DNA of 10,791 bases from positions 1 through 10,791 of the IMG/VR virus record IMGVR_UViG_2802429244_000006, one strand, 5' to 3'. Under the pieces are notes generated by a model that had not been told where the DNA came from, did not search any database, and worked only from the letters and a program-made list of their open reading frames with translations. How positions within the stretch are numbered: the first letter of the stretch is position 1; each line of letters opens with the position of its first letter. The position numbers were made by a program, and so were the translations under genes. This DNA comes from a virus (taxonomy: Duplodnaviria > Heunggongvirae > Uroviricota > Caudoviricetes). Shown piece after piece: positions 5,933-10,791 of the stretch.

Positions 5933-6756
5933 AAAAAATTATTTTTGCTTTAGCCATTGTTCTGCCGACTATTGGCCTTGTCGGTTGCGATCGCGTTGAA
6001 CCAGGTAATGTTGGCATCAAGGTAAATAAACTGGGCGACGACAAAGGCGTCGGTGAGGTGGTCGGTGTTGGTCGCTACTGGACTGGCTGGAATACTGAAG
6101 TTTATATCTTCCCCACCTTCAAGCAAATGAAGACCTACGATGAACCGTTCAGTTTCCAGATGAGTGACGGTACAACCATCGGCTATCACATTGGCGTGGC
6201 CTACAAAGTTGATCCATCCAAAGTTACCACGGTGTTTCAGACCTACCGCAAAGGCGTGGATGACATTACAGACACCGACCTGCGCCAGAAGATCGCCGAC
6301 GCACTCAACCGACTGGCCAGCAAAATGACCACTGACAAATTTATCGACGGCGGCAAGTCTGAGCTGCTGGATGAAGCTCTTAAAGACATTCAGGCAGAGA
6401 TGACACCTATCGGTATTCAGGTAATGAGCCTCTCATATGTGGGTAAGCCGGAGTACCCGCCAACCGTTATCGACAGCATTAATGCCAAAGTCACGGCGAA
6501 CCAGAAAACCCTACAACGCGAGCAGGAAGTTAAACAGCGCGAAGCGGAAGCCAACATGTTGCGCGCGGAAGCTGCCGGACAGGCTGATGCGATTCGCACA
6601 AAAGCCCAGGCTGAAGCCGATGCTATTCGTTTACGCGGTGAAGCTCTGCGCCAGAACCCCGGTGTTATGGAGCTGGAAGCCATCAATAAATGGAACGGCA
6701 CACTGCCGCAATACATGACCAGCGGTGCCAATACACCATTTATCCAGGTTAAATAA
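5929..6756 (+). CDS. SPFH/band-7 (prohibitin/HflK/C-like) domain lipoprotein, 275 aa
   Basis: ATG 5929 with AAGGA 6 nt upstream. Signal peptide with lipobox LVGC (Cys20). Central SPFH-like region and C-terminal Ala/Glu-rich coiled coil (QREAEANMLRAEAAGQADAIRTKAQAEADAIRLRGEA) typical of the family. Confidence 0.8.
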   Translation: MKKIIFALAIVLPTIGLVGCDRVEPGNVGIKVNKLGDDKGVGEVVGVGRYWTGWNTEVYIFPTFKQMKTYDEPFSFQMSDGTTIGYHIGVAYKVDPSKVTTVFQTYRKGVDDITDTDLRQKIADALNRLASKMTTDKFIDGGKSELLDEALKDIQAEMTPIGIQVMSLSYVGKPEYPPTVIDSINAKVTANQKTLQREQEVKQREAEANMLRAEAAGQADAIRTKAQAEADAIRLRGEALRQNPGVMELEAINKWNGTLPQYMTSGANTPFIQVK

Positions 6757-6796
6757 CTTATATGCCCGGCAGGCCGCCGGGCTAAGGGAAAAGCAG

Positions 6797-7156
6797 ATGA
6801 ACACCCATAATGCCCAACCGCAAATAATGAACTATGACCCGAATCTGACGTCATGCGGACGCATGGCAAAACAAACCGTTCGATTAACTTTCGGGTTATG
6901 GGAATACCGCGAAACATTCGAAGTTACTGTCGGCGGCAATCTGACCGGGCTGGATGTTATCAGTTGCGCTATTGAAAGCCTGTACGCAACGCTGCTTTAT
7001 GAAGAAGTCGAGGATGAGCGCGATATCATAGCCACCATTAATATCGGCGGACTGGAATGCAAGGATGAAAACCTGTCCGGAGAGCTCTGGCTTGCCGGGA
7101 TGCTTATCTCAGCAGAAATTATCAGTATTGAACCCGCAACAAACATACGGCTCTGA
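6797..7156 (+). CDS. Hypothetical protein (119 aa)
   Basis: ATG 6797 with AAGGGA 7 nt upstream; in frame with the longer ORF-track ORF 6725..7156, whose start would overlap the SPFH gene. No recognisable domain. Confidence 0.5.
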   Translation: MNTHNAQPQIMNYDPNLTSCGRMAKQTVRLTFGLWEYRETFEVTVGGNLTGLDVISCAIESLYATLLYEEVEDERDIIATINIGGLECKDENLSGELWLAGMLISAEIISIEPATNIRL

Positions 7157-7187
7157 AGTTCTCACTATTCAGAGAGCAGGAGAAAAA

Positions 7188-7430
7188 ATGTTCGCTTTGA
7201 TTAATCAGGGACAGCTGTATACCGACAGTGCCGGTTACCCGGTAAAAATTATTCGCTGCATAAATAACACTGTGTTGTACAGAAGAATGGATGGGCGAAC
7301 ACAGTCGGTAAAAATAAACGATTTTAATGAACTGTTTGAACGACTCGATCACCAGGAATACCGACAAATTCTGGCAGAAACAGAACAGGAAACTCATCTG
7401 AAAAAATTACGAGCCATGAAAAGGAAGTAA
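7188..7430 (+). CDS. Hypothetical small phage protein (80 aa)
   Basis: ATG 7188 with AGGAG 5 nt upstream; in frame within ORF-track ORF 7065..7430. Translation MFALINQGQLYTDSAGYPVKIIRCINNTVLYRRMDGRTQ... Confidence 0.55.
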   Translation: MFALINQGQLYTDSAGYPVKIIRCINNTVLYRRMDGRTQSVKINDFNELFERLDHQEYRQILAETEQETHLKKLRAMKRK

Positions 7431-7433
7431 AGA

Positions 7434-7580
7434 ATGAATAAAGCGTTTGAACTATGGGTACGCCAGCGTTACGGCAATCGCTATGACCTGACGCGAGATG
7501 TTGACGGTTTCTACTGTCGTGAAATTGTGAAACGAATGTTTGAAGTGTGGTGCCACTGCCGTGGGCTGAATGTTGTATGA
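7434..7580 (+). CDS. Hypothetical small protein (48 aa, Cys-containing)
   Basis: Not in the ORF track. ATG 7434 with AAGGAAG 6 nt upstream. Translation MNKAFELWVRQRYGNRYDLTRDVDGFYCREIVKRMFEVWCHCRGLNVV. Confidence 0.4.
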   Translation: MNKAFELWVRQRYGNRYDLTRDVDGFYCREIVKRMFEVWCHCRGLNVV

Positions 7581-7588
7581 GGTGAACT

Positions 7589-7798
7589 GTGGGGCTGGAT
7601 TGCGTACCTATATCAACCTACTGCCGCAACGCAGGAGAAACGGTTGATGCCGTTAACAAACGGATACAAAGAGGAATATGGAAAGAAGGGGTACATGTAT
7701 TAAAAGTCGACGGAGTTAAAGAACGTTGGGTCGACTTAATGGAGATTACAAAATGGGCAAGAAAGAACAAGGATCACTATCTCTCCCTAGAGGAGTAA
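7589..7798 (+). CDS. xis: Excisionase-like DNA-binding protein (69 aa)
   Basis: GTG start 7589 with GAGGTG just upstream; sits immediately 5' of the integrase and overlaps it by 46 nt, as xis does in lambdoid phages. Motif KEGVHVLKVDGVKERWVDL is consistent with small winged-helix excisionase-like proteins. Confidence 0.55.
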   Translation: MGLDCVPISTYCRNAGETVDAVNKRIQRGIWKEGVHVLKVDGVKERWVDLMEITKWARKNKDHYLSLEE

Positions 7799-8925
7799 CT
7801 ATTCGCCAGCATAAAACTGGTAGCACTCTGGTTATCACTTTTACATATAAAGGGGTTCTGTGTCGGGAGCCCCTCTCCAGAATGGAAGTAAACGCGCGCG
7901 GTGTGAAGTACGCTGAGCGTCTGCTGGGAGAAATAAAAAATCAGATTATCGATGGTACCTTCGAATATGCAAAATACTTCCCCAACTCCCAAAAGCTGGA
8001 GTTGTTCGGGGGAGTGAAAAAAAACAAAAATATAAAATCTTACCTGGATGAATACCTGATTATCTGCCAGAACCGTAACCTGTCACCATCGACAATTAGA
8101 GGTTATGAAAAATGCCTGTCGGCGCTGTCAGCATTGCATAAATTTCATGTATCAGAACTGACACCTGCAGTACTAAAAAACTGGATCGCCAACAGAAAAA
8201 CAAAACTGAAAACTATCCGCAATAATCTTTCATTCCTGCGCAGCGCCATAGATGAAGCGGTGACCGATGGTTTGTTAACAATAAATCCTGTCACGCTAGT
8301 CAGCGCCAGCCGGTATCACGTATTGGACAACACACCAGGCAGTGATGATTACGAGGTCGATCCTTTTACACCAGCGGAGACGGCAGCAATCTATGACGCC
8401 TGTCATTACCCGGAATGGCGAAATCTGTTTCGCTTTGCCTTTAATACAGGACTGCGCAGCTCAGAATTGTGCGCGTTGCGCTGGACGGATATAGACTTTA
8501 TCGGCAACACCGCGCATGTTCAGACTGCAAGCGTAGTCGGGGTAATCAAAAGCACCAAAACAAAAGCCGGCACCCGCAAAGTGCAACTGAACAGCGAAGC
8601 GCTGGCGGCTCTTCAGGCACAAAAGCCCTACACGGCGCTAAAGAGCGACTTCATATTCAGCGATCCGAAAACTCGCGCTCCTTGGGCAAACGCAGATGCG
8701 ATCCGAAAAAAAGCCTGGGTACCAACCCTTAAAAAAGCTGGTGTACGCTATCGCAATCCGTACCAGACACGCCACACGTTCGCCACTCGGCACATTAGCC
8801 AGGGCGTTAACCTGTTCTGGCTTGCTGGTCAGATGGGGCATAAAGGACCGGAAATGCTGTTCAGACATTACGGCTCTTACCTTGCAGAATACGATGGAAA
8901 AACGGCGATTTCTGCAACCCCGTAA
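7753..8925 (+). CDS. int: Lambda-type tyrosine integrase (site-specific recombinase), 390 aa from ATG 7753
   Basis: ATG 7753 with GGAG 8 nt upstream (ORF track begins at TTG 7726). N-terminal arm-binding-like region resembling lambda Int; C-terminal catalytic motifs (LRSSELCALRW..., RHTFATRHISQG..., GHKGPEMLFRHYGSY) with the conserved Arg/His/Arg/Tyr pattern. Confidence 0.9.
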   Translation: MGKKEQGSLSLPRGVTIRQHKTGSTLVITFTYKGVLCREPLSRMEVNARGVKYAERLLGEIKNQIIDGTFEYAKYFPNSQKLELFGGVKKNKNIKSYLDEYLIICQNRNLSPSTIRGYEKCLSALSALHKFHVSELTPAVLKNWIANRKTKLKTIRNNLSFLRSAIDEAVTDGLLTINPVTLVSASRYHVLDNTPGSDDYEVDPFTPAETAAIYDACHYPEWRNLFRFAFNTGLRSSELCALRWTDIDFIGNTAHVQTASVVGVIKSTKTKAGTRKVQLNSEALAALQAQKPYTALKSDFIFSDPKTRAPWANADAIRKKAWVPTLKKAGVRYRNPYQTRHTFATRHISQGVNLFWLAGQMGHKGPEMLFRHYGSYLAEYDGKTAISATP

Positions 8926-9057
8926 CGGCAAAATATTTCAAAATGTTGTACAGAATCAGGACGTTATCGGGACAACAATATGTACGTAAAATGCACATAA
9001 TTCATTGTTTGAAAAAATAAATCGTTCATATTCAATAAATTGGATTAATCACGATCA

Positions 9058-9084
9058 CGGGTTCAACTCCCGCCAGCTCCACCA
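9058..9084 (+). other. ssrA: 27-nt copy of the 3' end of tmRNA (ssrA): T-arm 3' side plus acceptor 3' strand ending CCA; interpreted as the att core at a prophage/island junction
   Basis: CGGGTTCAACTCCCGCCAGCTCCACCA matches the E. coli tmRNA 3' terminus as I recall it (...GCGGGTTCAACTCCCGCCAGCTCCACCA). Sequence immediately 5' (cacgatca) does not match ssrA, so this is a fragment, not a complete gene. Confidence 0.75.
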
Positions 9085-9118
9085 CTTTTTAGTTGTTTGA
9101 AGTACAATGAAGTCTACT

Positions 9119-9152
9119 AAGCCCGCACAGCACAAGCTCTGCGGGCTTTTTT
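9119..9152 (+). terminator. Rho-independent terminator
   Basis: GC-rich stem AAGCCCGCA / TGCGGGCTT followed by a run of six T (9147-9152); 35 nt downstream of the ssrA-like CCA end. Confidence 0.7.
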
Positions 9153-9249
9153 ACGTCTATTGTCGTCCAGTGAGAATTGCTGAGAACTATCACTTATGGC
9201 ACCCTGAATGGGACCCACTAAGAAGGGTCCAAAAACCGAGGGTCCCAAA

Positions 9250-10479
9250 ATGGCAAAAATCGCTAAGAAGCTCACTGACACTGAAATCAAAAGCACCAAG
9301 CCAGCCGACAAAGAAATCAACTTGTTTGACGGAGATGGTTTGATACTACGAATCGCTCCCCTCTCGAAAGGAGGAAAGAAGAATTGGTATTTCAGGTATG
9401 CAGTGCCAGTCAGTAAAAAAAGAACCAAAATGAGCCTTGGGACATATCCTCACCTTACACTGGCAAGAGCCAGAGCCTTACGAGATGAATACCTTTCCTT
9501 GCTTGCTAATGGCATTGATCCCCAAGTTCATAACAACGATAAAGCTAATGCCTTAAAGAATGCTACTGAACACACTCTCCAAGCCGTGGCAAGGAAATGG
9601 TTGGATGAGAAGGTAAAGACCTCAGGTATCTCACAAGACCATGCAGCAGACATCTGGCGCAGCTTAGAGAGAAATGTCTTTCCTGGCCTGGGTAATGTCC
9701 CTATCAATGAGATCCGACCTAAGCTCTTAAAACAACACCTTGATCCTATTGAGCAACGAGGCGTATTGGAAACTCTACGCCGCATCATTTCACGTCTGAA
9801 TGAAATCTTCCGGTGGGCAGCCACTGAAGAACTTATTGAGTTCAATCCGGCTGACAACCTTGGTCAAAGATTCAGTAAACCAAAAAAGCAAAATATGCCT
9901 GCCCTTCCCCCAAGCGAATTGCCAAGGTTTATGGAATCTTTGACGAATGCGTCAATCCGGCTGGAAACACGTATGCTAATTGAATGGCAATTGTTGACAT
10001 GGGTTCGTCCGGGTGAAGCCGTTCGCGCAAGGTGGTCTGATATTGATACAACCAACAACATTTGGAACATTCCTGCTGATTTTATGAAAATGAAAAAGCC
10101 TCACAAAGTTCCTTTGAGTAAAGAAGCTTTGCACATCCTTGAATTAATGAAATCAATAAGTGGGCATAGAGAATGGGTTTTCCCCAGCATTAAAGCGCCT
10201 CTTAATCATATGCATGAACAAACAGCCAACGCAGCTATTATCCGAATGGGGTTTGGAGGCGAACTTGTAGCTCACGGTATGCGTTCGATTGCAAGAACAG
10301 CGGCAGAGGCGTCTGGTAAGTTCAGAGCTGAAGTTCTTGAGGCAGCACTCGCCCACTCTAAAAAAGATGAAATTATCGCAGCATACAATCGTGCAGAATA
10401 TCTGATAGAACGACAGAGTTTGATGCAATGGTGGAGTGATTACGTTCAAACTCAAAGAGCTAAAGCTATCGCTGCTTGA
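9250..10479 (+). CDS. int: P4-type (IntA-like) tyrosine integrase, 409 aa from ATG 9250
   Basis: ATG 9250 with GAGGG 7 nt upstream. N-terminus MAKIAKKLTDTEIKSTKPADKEINLFDGDGLILRI fits the P4-integrase arm-binding N-terminal pattern. Conserved blocks DIWRSLER, GVLETLRR, KKQNMP, ARWSDID, HGMRSIART, EAALAH, AYNRAEYL, MQWW. The ORF-track start at 9208 is an upstream extension. Confidence 0.9.
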   Translation: MAKIAKKLTDTEIKSTKPADKEINLFDGDGLILRIAPLSKGGKKNWYFRYAVPVSKKRTKMSLGTYPHLTLARARALRDEYLSLLANGIDPQVHNNDKANALKNATEHTLQAVARKWLDEKVKTSGISQDHAADIWRSLERNVFPGLGNVPINEIRPKLLKQHLDPIEQRGVLETLRRIISRLNEIFRWAATEELIEFNPADNLGQRFSKPKKQNMPALPPSELPRFMESLTNASIRLETRMLIEWQLLTWVRPGEAVRARWSDIDTTNNIWNIPADFMKMKKPHKVPLSKEALHILELMKSISGHREWVFPSIKAPLNHMHEQTANAAIIRMGFGGELVAHGMRSIARTAAEASGKFRAEVLEAALAHSKKDEIIAAYNRAEYLIERQSLMQWWSDYVQTQRAKAIAA

Positions 10480-10791
10480 CTGATACAGGGGATTAGCAAG
10501 AAGGATAGGGATAGCCTGGAAAGCCCATATACTGACGAATGCCCCTTAGCTAAAACATTCTCATCGGATTGAAAGCGCACATGTACATAAAACCAGTATA
10601 AAAACATAAGGTTATATAACTAAACTTTGATACGTATGCTTCCATATGTTTTTAGTGTTTGATATGGTGAAAAAAAGATACTGATGTTTTTTTATGCTTT
10701 CATTGCTTGTTTCCTTAGTGGGCTACCATATGGATTTCTTTGAAAAAACTAATGCTGACAAAAATTCAATAGGTTTTACCTATCAAGATTA

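Larger units (their letters stand above)
1..9084. mobile_element. Right-hand portion of a lambdoid prophage (early-right-like operon, CI-like repressor, early-left cargo operon, xis-int, att junction); continues beyond window start
   Basis: Gene order and orientation mirror lambda (cro-side operon divergent from a CI-like repressor, then xis-int transcribed toward the att site). Lambda-type integrase ends 130 bp before a copy of the ssrA 3' end. Confidence 0.7.
9085..10791. mobile_element. Start of a second integrative element (P4-type integrase island or satellite) directly downstream of the ssrA-derived core
   Basis: P4-family integrase gene in the same orientation as the ssrA fragment, about 165 bp downstream of it (the arrangement I recall for ssrA-linked islands such as CP4-57), followed by AT-rich DNA. 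Confidence 0.55.

Noticed and set aside
5701-6917. Plus-strand ORFs 5701..5919 and 6437..6718; minus-strand ORFs 5950..6189 and 6417..6917
   Set aside because: Overlap the membrane-protein and SPFH genes in other frames or strands; no independent support.
7122-7992. Minus-strand ORFs 7122..7397 and 7777..7992
   Set aside because: Antisense to the small-protein and integrase genes.
9030-9084. A complete tmRNA or tRNA gene
   Set aside because: Only the last 27 nt match the tmRNA 3' end; the upstream sequence is AT-rich and unrelated, so this is an att-core fragment, not a functional RNA gene.
8469-9428. ORFs 8469..8732 (+), 8638..8931 (-), 8696..8989 (+), 9107..9343 (+) and 9117..9428 (-)
   Set aside because: Lie inside or antisense to the integrase genes, or span the att/terminator region; Arg- or Lys-rich products without RBS.
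9528-10455. Minus-strand ORFs 9528..9857, 9864..10070 and 10153..10455
   Set aside because: Antisense shadows within the P4-type integrase gene.
1-10791. CRISPR array, IS element or transposase
   Set aside because: No regularly spaced direct repeats, no terminal inverted repeats flanking a transposase-like ORF, and no ORF with transposase features were seen.

Overview
The window reads as the right-hand end of a lambdoid prophage integrated at the 3' end of the tmRNA gene (ssrA), followed by the start of a second integrative element. All calls are from reading the sequence and the ORF track; no database search was run. From left to right: (1) a minus-strand operon (about 2952 down to 1) with strong GGAGG ribosome-binding sites and ATGA stop/start overlaps, including a 493-aa ORF with an N-terminal Rha-type phage regulatory domain; (2) a divergent operator/promoter region and a lambda-CI-like repressor at 3064..3720 (HTH plus LexA/S24-like domain, C-terminal LNPQYP motif as in lambda CI); (3) a plus-strand early-left-like operon (3824..8925) of small, AT-rich, unrecognisable genes, including an SPFH/band-7 lipoprotein with small membrane partners, ending in an excisionase-like gene and a lambda-type tyrosine integrase; (4) a 27-nt copy of the ssrA 3' end at 9058..9084, read as an att core, plus an intrinsic terminator; (5) a P4-type integrase (9250..10479) followed by AT-rich DNA. 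The most interesting candidates for new biology are the cargo cassettes between the repressor and xis-int (especially the membrane/SPFH module at 5613..6756 and the two translationally coupled gene pairs at 3824..4602 and 4801..5567) and the composite 493-aa Rha ORF that carries an opposite-strand intrinsic terminator inside it. No complete rRNA, tRNA or CRISPR array was seen.
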